From assembly GCA_001873435.1 (NCBI GenBank), contig MNZB01000002.1, forward strand, positions 1,620 through 65,619: 64,000 bases of DNA, written 5' to 3'. Source of the DNA: Candidatus Pacebacteria bacterium CG2_30_36_39 (GTDB taxonomy: Bacteria > Patescibacteriota > Microgenomatia > UBA1400 > PJMF01). The notes below the pieces were generated by a model, which ran no database searches, was not told the origin of the DNA, and saw nothing but the letters and a program-made list of their open reading frames with translations. Numbering within the stretch: the first letter of the stretch is position 1; each line of letters starts with the position of its first letter. Below, in pieces: positions 46,095 through 55,233 of the stretch. The translations under genes and the position numbers were made by a program.

Positions 46095-47300
46095 GTGAAA
46101 TTAACTCCTACCATTTATTCTGTAACTGAGTTTCTTGATACTGTTAATCTGCAATTGTCTGAGATGGTAATGGCAGTTCAAGGAGAAATTACATCTTTGA
46201 GTAAGCGTGGTCATGTTTATTTTTCTTTAACAGATAGTAATCCCCAAGAAAAAGCAGTGTTGTCATGTGCCTTGTGGGAGTTTCGGTTAAAAACTTTACC
46301 ATTTGAACTTGAAGAAGGGATGGAAGTACAGATTATTGGCAAGGCTAGTATATATAAGCCGAGCGGTAGGTTTACTTTTGTAGTAGATCATATCGTGCCA
46401 GTTGGTGAAGGTGCTTTGCAAAAAGCTTTTGAAGCTTTAAAAAAGAAACTAGAGCTTCAAGGATATTTTTTATCAGATCGCAAAAGGACTTTGCCAGAAT
46501 TTCCCTCTAGAATTGGTTTATTAACTTCAGAAACTGGTGATGCCATTCGTGACTTTAAAAAACATTTGAGTAGCTTTGGCTTAGTTGTTGCTCATTATGA
46601 TATTAAGGTTGAGGGTATTTATGCAGTTGATTCAATTGTGGAGGGAATTCGTTATTTTAATGAGCATCCAGATATAGTTAATGGTGGATTGGAACTAATA
46701 GTTTTGACTCGTGGTGGTGGAAGCTTAGAGAGTTTGCAGGCATTTAATTCGGAAGCTGTAGCTCAAGCTATTTTTGCTTCTAAGCTACCAATTTTATCCG
46801 CAGTTGGTCATGAGAGAGATGTGACTATCGCTGATTTAACTGCTGACGTGAGAGCTTCAACACCCACAGATGCGGGTCGTATGCTTTCGGAAAATTGGCG
46901 TTTAGCTCAAGAAAAGATTGCTTATTTTTCACAGAGTTTTTTACAGGTTATGGAAAAAATGATTAAGCAAAGCCAAGAAAAAATGTATTATCAATGGGAG
47001 CAAATGTCACATCGTTTTGAAGTTAAATTGGAATATTTATTTAGTCAAAGAGCTTTGCTTTATCGTTCAATGATTAGTCATTTTGGAAGGTTGTTGCTTC
47101 AAACACAACAAAGTATTTTTGGTTTGGAAAAACAGTTAGAGTCTAATAATCCTCAGCGCAAGCTTAAACAGGGTTATAGTTTTGTGCAAAATAAATCTGG
47201 AAAATTAATTAAGTCAGTTAGTCAAGTTAATGATGGTGAAACAATTAGAGTAACAGTAGCAGACGGAAAAATATCGACATCCGTTTTGGCAAAGGAATAA
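46095..47300 (+). CDS. xseA: Exodeoxyribonuclease VII large subunit
   Basis: GHVYFSL, RGGGSLESL..FN.E, SAVGHE.D and ASTPT. Confidence 0.95.
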   Translation: MKLTPTIYSVTEFLDTVNLQLSEMVMAVQGEITSLSKRGHVYFSLTDSNPQEKAVLSCALWEFRLKTLPFELEEGMEVQIIGKASIYKPSGRFTFVVDHIVPVGEGALQKAFEALKKKLELQGYFLSDRKRTLPEFPSRIGLLTSETGDAIRDFKKHLSSFGLVVAHYDIKVEGIYAVDSIVEGIRYFNEHPDIVNGGLELIVLTRGGGSLESLQAFNSEAVAQAIFASKLPILSAVGHERDVTIADLTADVRASTPTDAGRMLSENWRLAQEKIAYFSQSFLQVMEKMIKQSQEKMYYQWEQMSHRFEVKLEYLFSQRALLYRSMISHFGRLLLQTQQSIFGLEKQLESNNPQRKLKQGYSFVQNKSGKLIKSVSQVNDGETIRVTVADGKISTSVLAKE

Positions 47301-47304
47301 TAGA

Positions 47305-47514
47305 ATGAAAAATGATTTTTCGATGAATAAAGCTATGCAAGAACTTGAAGAAATTAATACTTGGTTTCAAGAAGAAGATTTGGATTTGGAAGAAGGTTTG
47401 AAGAAACTTCAACGAGCTCAAGAGTTAACTGAACAAGTAAAAACCAGACTTCAGGTAGTTGAAAATCAATTTATTGCTCTAAAAAAAGATTTTCAAGCAG
47501 AATCAGGAGAATAA
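47305..47514 (+). CDS. xseB: Exodeoxyribonuclease VII small subunit
   Basis: ELEEI...LDLEEGL pattern; directly follows xseA. Confidence 0.88.
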   Translation: MKNDFSMNKAMQELEEINTWFQEEDLDLEEGLKKLQRAQELTEQVKTRLQVVENQFIALKKDFQAESGE

Positions 47515-47517
47515 GAC

Positions 47518-48222
47518 CTACTTGTAATCAAATAGGGTATTTTTCTCTACTACTCTAACGCTATCAATAAAGTGTTGTTCAAAATCATCAATATCTCTAT
47601 CTCCATTGTCGTAAACAAAAATTACTAAAACAACATCTCCTACTTTTTTAAAGTATTCGCGTCCAACTTCATTTCTTGGAATATAGAACATATCATTATT
47701 TACTTTGGTGTATCTGAAAATATCATTATTTGGATCACTAGAAACTGGTACATTTTTTAAGAATGTTTCTAGATCTGTTTTCACTCCACGTCTTTCAACA
47801 CCAACTACAAACGCATATTCATTGGCTAAGGGTAATGCAAAGTTGTTGCCGAAGGAGGCAATATAGTGTTTGTTAACTCCATCATCAGTCATGTAATTGG
47901 GAATGATATTGGTCCATTCTTTTGGAATGTTTACATAGACATCTTCGACTTGTCTAATTTCTAGTTCATCATTTGAATAAATTTTTAAATTAGTTTTTTT
48001 CGCTAATACTTGAGCAATTTGTTGAACTTCTTTAAATTCTGTTTTTAATTGAAAATATTGTCCAGCTAGAGCTGCAAAAAAACCAATTATTATTAGGGTG
48101 AGGTATTCGTGTTGTTCAAAGCCAATTTTATTATAAAATCTATTTATCTTGATCAAAATAGATTTAAAGCTATTGATTGGGTTACCCTGGGTGATGTTTT
48201 GTTTGTTATTTGTTTCATTCAT
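47518..48222 (-). CDS. Hypothetical single-pass membrane protein
   Basis: One TM (YLTLIIIGFFAALAG) followed by a soluble domain; SD-like AGGA upstream. Confidence 0.65.
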   Translation of the reverse strand: MNETNNKQNITQGNPINSFKSILIKINRFYNKIGFEQHEYLTLIIIGFFAALAGQYFQLKTEFKEVQQIAQVLAKKTNLKIYSNDELEIRQVEDVYVNIPKEWTNIIPNYMTDDGVNKHYIASFGNNFALPLANEYAFVVGVERRGVKTDLETFLKNVPVSSDPNNDIFRYTKVNNDMFYIPRNEVGREYFKKVGDVVLVIFVYDNGDRDIDDFEQHFIDSVRVVEKNTLFDYK

Positions 48223-48275
48223 AAGTTTTTCCTATTCATCCAGTATGTCATATAAAATACGGTATACTACAAATG

Positions 48276-50102
48276 ATGTCCCAAGTTCAACAGGTGAAAG
48301 AGGCTACTGATATTATTCAGGTAATCGGTGAACGAATCAAGTTGCAACGATCTGGTTCTAGTTATAAAGCTCCTTGTCCATTTCATAGTGAAAAAACTCC
48401 ATCATTTTTTGTTAGTGAAGAACTACAACGATATCGTTGTTTTGGTTGTAGTGAAACTGGAGATGCTTTAGATTTCCTTCAAAAATATGAGGCGATGAGC
48501 TTTGGTGAAGCCTTGGAGTATTTGGCTGATCAAGCTGGTATTCAATTGGCAGAATTTCAAAAAACTAAAGAAGATGATTTACGTGAAAGACTTTTAGCTA
48601 TTTTAAATCTAGCTAAGGAATATTATCACTATTTGTTAACCCAACATTCTATTGGTGAGAAGGCTAGGGTTTATCTTCAAGAGCGTAAAATCTCTCATGA
48701 TTCAATAGAACTTTTTCAATTGGGTTATGCTACTGATGCTTGGGATGGTTTGGTTAAATATTTACATTATAAGAAGAAATATCCTTTGGCAGAGATTGAG
48801 CAAGCTGGTTTAATTATTCAAGGTAGAGGTGGAAAATATTATGATCGTTTTCGAGGTAGAGTGATGTTTCCATTAAAAGATCATCGCGGTAGAGTGGTTG
48901 GTTTTTCTGGTCGCTTGATGGAAAAAGATGCCAAAGAGGCAAAATATATAAATACTCCAGAAACAATGCTTTATCACAAATCACAAATGTTATTTGGATA
49001 TAAAGAATTGTTGAATGAAATTAAGAAAGCTGAAGAGGTTATTGTTGTTGAGGGAGAATTTGATGTTATTTCTTCAGCCCAATCTCACGTAAATAATATT
49101 GTGGCTATCAAGGGATCTGCTTTAACCCAAGAACAAGTTAAGTTATTAGCAAGAGTAGCTCGTAAGGTTATTCTTTGTCTTGATGCAGATGACGCTGGTT
49201 CAAAGGCTACTAAGAGAGCAATTGAGGTTGTAGGTGATACCGATGTTGAACTTAGAGTTATAGATTTGTCTCAATTAGAAGGTGGGCAAAAAGATGTTGA
49301 TGAATTAGCTAGAAATCAGGCAAAGATTTGGCGTGAAGTTGAGAAAAAAACTGTTTCAGTTTATGAATTCTTATTACAGCTTAGTTTGCGCCATCATGAT
49401 CCCACCACCCCAGATGGTAAACGTGAAATAATGAAAGAGATTGGTCCTGTTTTTATTCAAATTGCCCATGCAGTCGAACATGATTTTTATGTGCAAAAAT
49501 TGGCTGAAATCCTCAAAGTTAAAAAAGAAATAGTTTTGCAAGATATGCAAAGGATTGGTGCTGGCAAAGTATTTAGTAAGAAGCCAGATAAGGAAGAGGA
49601 GAAGCCTGCAAAAATTACCAGTCGTCAACAGGGTTTGGAGCGATATTGCTTCTTTTTATTATTTGAATTAGATAATTTAAAAGATAGGGTTAATGAATTA
49701 AATGGAGTAGTTTTAGAAACTCCTGGTTTGGAGAATATATTACAACAGTTTCTAAAACAAATTGAAACTGGTGAACAAAAAAATACCAAAAAACCAGACA
49801 TTAAAAAGTTAACTCATGGTTTGGCTGATGATCTTAAGCAATTAGTTTTTGATATTATTTATGCTCCAGAATTTTCAGCTTTAAAAGACAATATTGAACC
49901 AAAGGTTGAGTGGGATAGAAGTTTCCAACTTTTACAACAAGGTAGTGCTAGATCTCATATTCATGCTCTTCAACAGCAAATTTCCGAACTCGATAGTAAA
50001 GAACCAAAAACTTCAACTGAAGAGGAGAAATTATCCGAGTTATTACGCAAGGTAGCTCAACTGCAAAAGGTGCTAAGAGTTAGTAAGCCTGATCTTCAAT
50101 AG
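48276..50102 (+). CDS. dnaG: DNA primase
   Basis: Zn finger CPFH.EKTPSF...CFGC, DRFRGRVMFP, KYINTPET, VVEGEFD and DAD.AG (TOPRIM). Confidence 0.97.
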   Translation: MSQVQQVKEATDIIQVIGERIKLQRSGSSYKAPCPFHSEKTPSFFVSEELQRYRCFGCSETGDALDFLQKYEAMSFGEALEYLADQAGIQLAEFQKTKEDDLRERLLAILNLAKEYYHYLLTQHSIGEKARVYLQERKISHDSIELFQLGYATDAWDGLVKYLHYKKKYPLAEIEQAGLIIQGRGGKYYDRFRGRVMFPLKDHRGRVVGFSGRLMEKDAKEAKYINTPETMLYHKSQMLFGYKELLNEIKKAEEVIVVEGEFDVISSAQSHVNNIVAIKGSALTQEQVKLLARVARKVILCLDADDAGSKATKRAIEVVGDTDVELRVIDLSQLEGGQKDVDELARNQAKIWREVEKKTVSVYEFLLQLSLRHHDPTTPDGKREIMKEIGPVFIQIAHAVEHDFYVQKLAEILKVKKEIVLQDMQRIGAGKVFSKKPDKEEEKPAKITSRQQGLERYCFFLLFELDNLKDRVNELNGVVLETPGLENILQQFLKQIETGEQKNTKKPDIKKLTHGLADDLKQLVFDIIYAPEFSALKDNIEPKVEWDRSFQLLQQGSARSHIHALQQQISELDSKEPKTSTEEEKLSELLRKVAQLQKVLRVSKPDLQ

Positions 50103-50115
50103 CCGTTTTCTTCAC

Positions 50116-50145
50116 TTGACATCATATACCCTATGGGGGTATATT
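50116..50145 (+). promoter_or_regulatory. Promoter with CsoR-family operator
   Basis: TTGACA (50116-50121), 18 nt, TATATT (50140-50145). A perfect inverted repeat ATATACCC-TATGG-GGGTATAT (50124-50144) lies in the spacer and over the -10. Confidence 0.85.
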
Positions 50146-50153
50146 TAGTTTCC

Positions 50154-50396
50154 ATGACAACCAAACAGGACCCAGTCCTTACACAGCTAAATCGTATAAA
50201 TGGTCAGATAGAAGGTATCGCAAGAATGTACCAGGACGAACGTATTTGCGTAGACATTGTTCGTCAGGTATTGGCTGTGAGAAATTCATTAGGTCGGGTG
50301 GCTAGAGATTTGCTAAATGATGAAGCTAGGAGATGTTCTAAAGGTGAACCAGGAGCAGATTTGGATGAAGTTTTGAAAGAAATTTTTAAGTATTAA
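50154..50396 (+). CDS. CsoR/RcnR-family repressor (Cys32/Cys61, no His)
   Basis: LNRINGQIEGI.RM....R.C.DI..QV.AV. The track start 50133 lies inside the operator, so 50154 is preferred. Confidence 0.9.
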   Translation: MTTKQDPVLTQLNRINGQIEGIARMYQDERICVDIVRQVLAVRNSLGRVARDLLNDEARRCSKGEPGADLDEVLKEIFKY

Positions 50397-50448
50397 GTAG
50401 TTAGTAATATAGTAATTAGAAAGGATTCGTTTAATCACGAATAAGAAT

Positions 50449-50796
50449 ATGAGTAATCAAGGCGCGGTCCATTTTGATGATAAGAGTTTTAAAGAGGCTT
50501 TAAAAGGTGACAAACCAGTTTTTGTTGATTTTTTTGCTGAATGGTGTGGTCCTTGCCAAATGGCAGCTCCAATTATTGATAAATTAGCAGATGAATTTGC
50601 CGACAGAATTGTAATTGCAAAATTAAATGTTGATGAAAATGGTAGTACAGCCCAAGAATTTGGAGTTATGAGTATTCCAACTGTTTTGATTTTCAAAAAA
50701 GATAAAGAAGATGCAACAAAAATTGTTGCCAGACAAGTTGGTTTTCCAGGTGAAGCTGGTTATAGATCCATGATCGAAGATGTTCTTGGTAAATAA
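50449..50796 (+). CDS. trxA: Thioredoxin
   Basis: DFFAEWCGPC and VMSIPT. Confidence 0.96.
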   Translation: MSNQGAVHFDDKSFKEALKGDKPVFVDFFAEWCGPCQMAAPIIDKLADEFADRIVIAKLNVDENGSTAQEFGVMSIPTVLIFKKDKEDATKIVARQVGFPGEAGYRSMIEDVLGK

Positions 50797-50828
50797 TTAA
50801 GTTGAATTAAATAGTTGAAAGGGTGTAT

Positions 50829-51893
50829 ATGAAGGCCGAAAAATTGGTAATTATTGGTTCTGGTCCTGCTGGGTATACAGCGGCAATTTATGCTTCCAGA
50901 GCTCAATTAAAACCTGTTTTGTTTACTGGTATGGAAAGTGGCGGTCAGTTAATGTACACCACAGATTTAGAAAATTTTCCAGGTTTTCCAGAAGGAGTGA
51001 TTGGTCCTAAATTCATGATGAGTTTAAGGGCTCAGGCTACTCGTTTTGGAACTGAAATTAGAGATGCTCATGTTACCGCAGTTGATTTTTCCCAACGCCC
51101 TTTCAAACTTTGGACTCATTTACCAGCTGGTGTTGGTATGGATATTTTTAAACAAGGTTCCCAGGAAGAAATTGATGGTGCAGTTACCAAGATTAAAGCC
51201 GATGAGCCAGATGTCTTGGCTGATTCAGTAATTATAAATACTGGAGCTACCTCAATTATGTTGGGTGTTCCAGGAGAAAAAGAGTTTTTTGGTCGAGGTG
51301 TCAGTACTTGCGCTGTTTGTGATGCTGCTTTTTATAAAGATAAAAATGTTTTTGTTATTGGTGGTGGTGACAGTGCTATGGAAGATACTTTGGCTTTAAC
51401 TAAGTTTGCAACCAAAGTTACAGTTGTTCACCGTAGAGATAGTTTCAGAGCCAGTAAGATTATGGTTGATCGAGTTTTAAAAAATGATAAGGTTGAGGTT
51501 TTGTGGAATTCACAGCTTAAAAAAATTATTGGTGAGTATGGTGTGCAAAAAATAGTTGTTGAAGTTGATGGCAAAGATCAAGAGTTTAAAGCTGATGGAG
51601 TATTTTTGGCTATTGGTCATAGACCAGTTACAAGTCTTTTTAGAGGTCAAATAGAATTAGATGATCATGGATATATTGTGACCAGACAAAGTTTGTCAAA
51701 GAAAGGCTTGGTTCAGGCTCAAGCCGCTTTGAATGAAAAAGATTTGGTGGCTTATCCAACTATGACTTCAATAGCTGGTGTTTTTGCTGGTGGAGATGTG
51801 GTTGATGTGAGATATAAGCAAGCAATTACTGCTGCTGGTATGGGTTGCGCTGCTGCTTTAGATGCAGAGCGCTGGCTAGAAAATCAAGAGTAA
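50829..51893 (+). CDS. trxB: Thioredoxin reductase
   Basis: IIGSGPAG, GGQL, GVSTCAVCD, GGGDSA, HRRDSFRA and GVFAGGDV...QAITAAG.GC.AA. Confidence 0.96.
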   Translation: MKAEKLVIIGSGPAGYTAAIYASRAQLKPVLFTGMESGGQLMYTTDLENFPGFPEGVIGPKFMMSLRAQATRFGTEIRDAHVTAVDFSQRPFKLWTHLPAGVGMDIFKQGSQEEIDGAVTKIKADEPDVLADSVIINTGATSIMLGVPGEKEFFGRGVSTCAVCDAAFYKDKNVFVIGGGDSAMEDTLALTKFATKVTVVHRRDSFRASKIMVDRVLKNDKVEVLWNSQLKKIIGEYGVQKIVVEVDGKDQEFKADGVFLAIGHRPVTSLFRGQIELDDHGYIVTRQSLSKKGLVQAQAALNEKDLVAYPTMTSIAGVFAGGDVVDVRYKQAITAAGMGCAAALDAERWLENQE

Positions 51894-51920
51894 CAAGCAT
51901 TATTAAAAAAAAGGAAAAAT

Positions 51921-53228
51921 ATGGCAAATCCACATGCAAATGCTGTAGCTCAACTCGAACGAGTTGCAAAGCTTTTGGCTAAGGATTATCAAGATAACAA
52001 AGCTTCTTTTGAAAGAGCAATAAAAAAACTCAAAGAACCAGACGTAGTTCATCAAACAAAATTAAGCATTAAAATGGATGATGGTACAACTAAAAAATTT
52101 CAAGCTTTTAGATCTCAACATAATAATGCTCGTGGTCCATATAAAGGTGGTATCCGTTATCACTCAGATGTTTCATTAGAAGAAGTTAAAGCTTTGTCTA
52201 CTTGGATGACTTGGAAGTGTGCAGTAACTGGTATTCCATATGGTGGTGGTAAAGGTGGAATTATTGTTGACCCTAAAAAGCTTTCAAAAGCTGAGTTACA
52301 ACGCTTGAGTAGAGCCTATACTGATTTTTTAAGTGATAAAATTGGTCCCTGGATTGATGTGCCTGCTCCAGATGTGAATACTACTGGTGAAATCATGGCT
52401 TGGATGGTTGATCAGTATCAAAAGAATTTAACTAAAAAAGGTTTGGTTCAAGAAAATCCATTAGGCACTTTTACTGGCAAACCATTGGGTTTGGGAGGTT
52501 CTCAGGGTCGCGATGAAGCTACTGGTTTGGGTGGCGTGATGGTTTTGGATAAGTTAGCTGAAAAACTGGGTTATAAAAACAAGAAAAAAGTTAGAATTGC
52601 AATTCAAGGCTTTGGTAATGTGGGTTATTGGTTTGCTAAACATGCTCATGACCATGGTTATACTGTAGTTGCTGTTTCTGGTTCTAGAGGTGGTGTTTAT
52701 GTTGCCAATGGTTTGAATCCAGAAAAAACTTTAGCTTGTAAGGAAAAGAATGGTGATTTGACTTCATGTTTTTGCACTGACAAAGCTTGTGCCGTTGGTA
52801 ATGGCAAAAAAATCTCTAATGATGAAGTGCTTGAATTAGATGTTGATATCTTGGTTCCTGCAGCGTTGGAAAATGTGATTCATAAAGGTAATGCAGCCAA
52901 GGTTAGGGCAAAAGCAATTATTGAGATGGCCAATGGTCCAATTACTCCAGAGGCAGATGAGATTTTAGCAAAGAATGGGGTGATTTTAGTTCCAGATGTT
53001 TTAGCTAATTCTGGTGGAGTAACAGTTTCATATTTTGAATGGGTACAAAACCTTCAAGGATATTATTGGACTCATCAAGAGGTAATTTCTAAATTAAAAC
53101 CATTAATGGAAACTTCTTTTGCTGAGATGTGGGCTATGAAAGAAAAGCACCAAGTTGATGGTCGTATGGCTACATATTTAACTGCAGTTAAAAGAGTGGT
53201 TGATGCCATGATCTTACGTGGAATTTAA
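51921..53228 (+). CDS. gdhA: Glutamate dehydrogenase
   Basis: GPYKGGIRY, MTWKC, GGGKGG, DVPAPD, QGFGNVG and PDVLANSGGVTVSYFEWVQN. Confidence 0.95.
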   Translation: MANPHANAVAQLERVAKLLAKDYQDNKASFERAIKKLKEPDVVHQTKLSIKMDDGTTKKFQAFRSQHNNARGPYKGGIRYHSDVSLEEVKALSTWMTWKCAVTGIPYGGGKGGIIVDPKKLSKAELQRLSRAYTDFLSDKIGPWIDVPAPDVNTTGEIMAWMVDQYQKNLTKKGLVQENPLGTFTGKPLGLGGSQGRDEATGLGGVMVLDKLAEKLGYKNKKKVRIAIQGFGNVGYWFAKHAHDHGYTVVAVSGSRGGVYVANGLNPEKTLACKEKNGDLTSCFCTDKACAVGNGKKISNDEVLELDVDILVPAALENVIHKGNAAKVRAKAIIEMANGPITPEADEILAKNGVILVPDVLANSGGVTVSYFEWVQNLQGYYWTHQEVISKLKPLMETSFAEMWAMKEKHQVDGRMATYLTAVKRVVDAMILRGI

Positions 53229-53247
53229 GTTATTTTTTAAGCAAACT

Positions 53248-53275
53248 AAAAGCCCCCTTTAAAGGGGGCTTTTTT
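53248..53275. terminator. Bidirectional intrinsic terminator between gdhA and galU
   Basis: AAAAGCCCCCTTTAAAGGGGGCTTTTTT. Confidence 0.92.
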
Positions 53276-53290
53276 ATTAACTTATTTTAT

Positions 53291-54172
53291 TTAAAAATTT
53301 ATTTCTTTTATAAATTTTTGTAGAGCAGCTCTTAGTTCTGGATTTTCTTTAGCGATGGTTAAATTTGCTTTAAGCCAACCCAACGGATAACCACAATCAA
53401 GGTAGGTGCCTCTTGGAGTATAGATAGCAACATCTTCGGTTTTTGTTAATTTTGTAACAGTGTCTGTGATATAAAGCTCTCCAGACCTGCTATCAACACT
53501 TTGCTGATCTATCAGTTCAAATATCTTTGGGGTAAGAATATATTTACTAATATTGGCTAAATTTGATGGGGCTGTTCCAGGAGTTGGTTTTTCAATTAGT
53601 TCACTCAAATATTGAAAACCATTTTTTTCAAAAGTTTTAGCAATTCCAAAACGTTGTAATTCTGAGTCTGGTTGCTCTACAAAAGTTGCTAATGATTTTA
53701 CTCCAGTTTTTTCTAGATGTTTAATCATTAATGAGACTTCTGAACTACCATCTGCATTATATGGAATGTCATCGCCCATCAAAACAACAAATGATTCTTC
53801 ATTTTCTAGATATGATTGGGCTAGTTTAACTGGAGTAGCAGATCCATATGGATCTGAATCTTGTTGTTTAACAAAACTGAAATTTGCTTGTTGATGAAGA
53901 TTTTTTATTTCTTCAAAAAGATGCATTTTATTCATGCGTCTAAGATATTCTTCTAGGCGATGATTCTCTCTAAAGTAATGGAGGATTTGCATATTATGCT
54001 CATTGATAGCAAAAACGATATCAGTTATCCCTGCTTTAACTAGATCAGCAACTAAATAGTCAACCACTGGCTTATTTAGAACTGGGATCATTTCTTTCTG
54101 AATTGTTTTAGTGAAAGGTAGAAATCTAGTGCCGAAGCCGGCTGCCGCAATTAAAGCTTTATTAATTTTCAT
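53291..54172 (-). CDS. galU: UTP-glucose-1-phosphate uridylyltransferase
   Basis: KALIAAAGFGTRFLP.TK...KEM.P, GDD, IEKP and GELYITD. Confidence 0.88.
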   Translation of the reverse strand: MKINKALIAAAGFGTRFLPFTKTIQKEMIPVLNKPVVDYLVADLVKAGITDIVFAINEHNMQILHYFRENHRLEEYLRRMNKMHLFEEIKNLHQQANFSFVKQQDSDPYGSATPVKLAQSYLENEESFVVLMGDDIPYNADGSSEVSLMIKHLEKTGVKSLATFVEQPDSELQRFGIAKTFEKNGFQYLSELIEKPTPGTAPSNLANISKYILTPKIFELIDQQSVDSRSGELYITDTVTKLTKTEDVAIYTPRGTYLDCGYPLGWLKANLTIAKENPELRAALQKFIKEINF

Positions 54173-54238
54173 AATCACCTTCTATTGTTGATAGCCAAAT
54201 TGTAGGGAAAATATGACCTACTGTCTAGATAAACTTAT

Positions 54239-55192
54239 CTATAAATATATTACTAAGAATGATGTTATTCCGAAGAGAAATATTGTGAGTAATAAAGGCA
54301 TATCGTTGAGTAAAACTCTCTCTGGAGATTCTCCCTTATTCTCTTCGTAAACTAATTGTAAATAGCGCATGACGCCAAAGATGACAAAAGGCAAAGTTAG
54401 CATTAATAGTTTTTGCGACTGCAATGTTCTTGGCAGAAAAGTGTAGAGTTGTGGAAAGCGTTGAGCAGCTGATTCTATATACATAGTTTCATGTTGAAAG
54501 GCGAAGAGAGAATAGGTGAGCCAGGTTGCATTGGCAAACATAGCTGTATATTGGTCTAGAAGCCTTTGACTGTAGTGTTTTAGGGTTTTTCTACTAGGAG
54601 AGACCTGACTATCTTGGAGAAGGGTTCTCTCACTTTGTCTTTTACCTACTGCCAAGAATAAAGATGCAGAAACAACTGTGAGCAAAAACCAAACGCTCAT
54701 GTGTAGTTCAACAATTATTGCTCCAGCATAGACTCTGATTAGAAATCCAGAAGCGATTGAAATAACATCAAGGATTGGGATTTGTTTAATTTTAGTTGCA
54801 TAAGCAAGTTGAAGGGCTAGATATAACAAGACTAAGATTCTAAAAAAGAATGGTAAAGATAAAGATAAAAAGAAGACGATAGCAATGCCAGTCATAGCAA
54901 CAAAGGCTGCAATAGCAATTGGTAGTTCTCCTGAAGCGATTGGTCTTTTTTTCTTGTATGGGTGTTTACTGTCTTCTTCAGCGTCAACAATGTCATTAAT
55001 TAGATAAACACTAGAAGCGAGAATACAGAAGATTATAAAAGCGTAAGTAACAGTCCAAAAATAGGCTAAACCGCTGTTTGGTACATAAAATAGGAAGCCT
55101 GAAAAAAATAGAGATGCATAGAGGGCAATATTTTTAAGCCATTGACGAGGTCTGGCAGACTTCAAAAGTAAGTAGAGTATTTTGAGTCTCAT
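54239..55192 (-). CDS. UbiA-family polyprenyl-phosphate phosphoribosyltransferase (DPPR synthase-like)
   Basis: RPRQWLKN, YLINDIVD...D..HP.KK.RPIASG, GFLIRV.AG, KR..E and RY...GESP. Confidence 0.88.
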   Translation of the reverse strand: MRLKILYLLLKSARPRQWLKNIALYASLFFSGFLFYVPNSGLAYFWTVTYAFIIFCILASSVYLINDIVDAEEDSKHPYKKKRPIASGELPIAIAAFVAMTGIAIVFFLSLSLPFFFRILVLLYLALQLAYATKIKQIPILDVISIASGFLIRVYAGAIIVELHMSVWFLLTVVSASLFLAVGKRQSERTLLQDSQVSPSRKTLKHYSQRLLDQYTAMFANATWLTYSLFAFQHETMYIESAAQRFPQLYTFLPRTLQSQKLLMLTLPFVIFGVMRYLQLVYEENKGESPERVLLNDMPLLLTIFLFGITSFLVIYL

Positions 55193-55233
55193 TAGTATTG
55201 ATTTGTAAAGCAAAATATATTTTTATACAAGAG

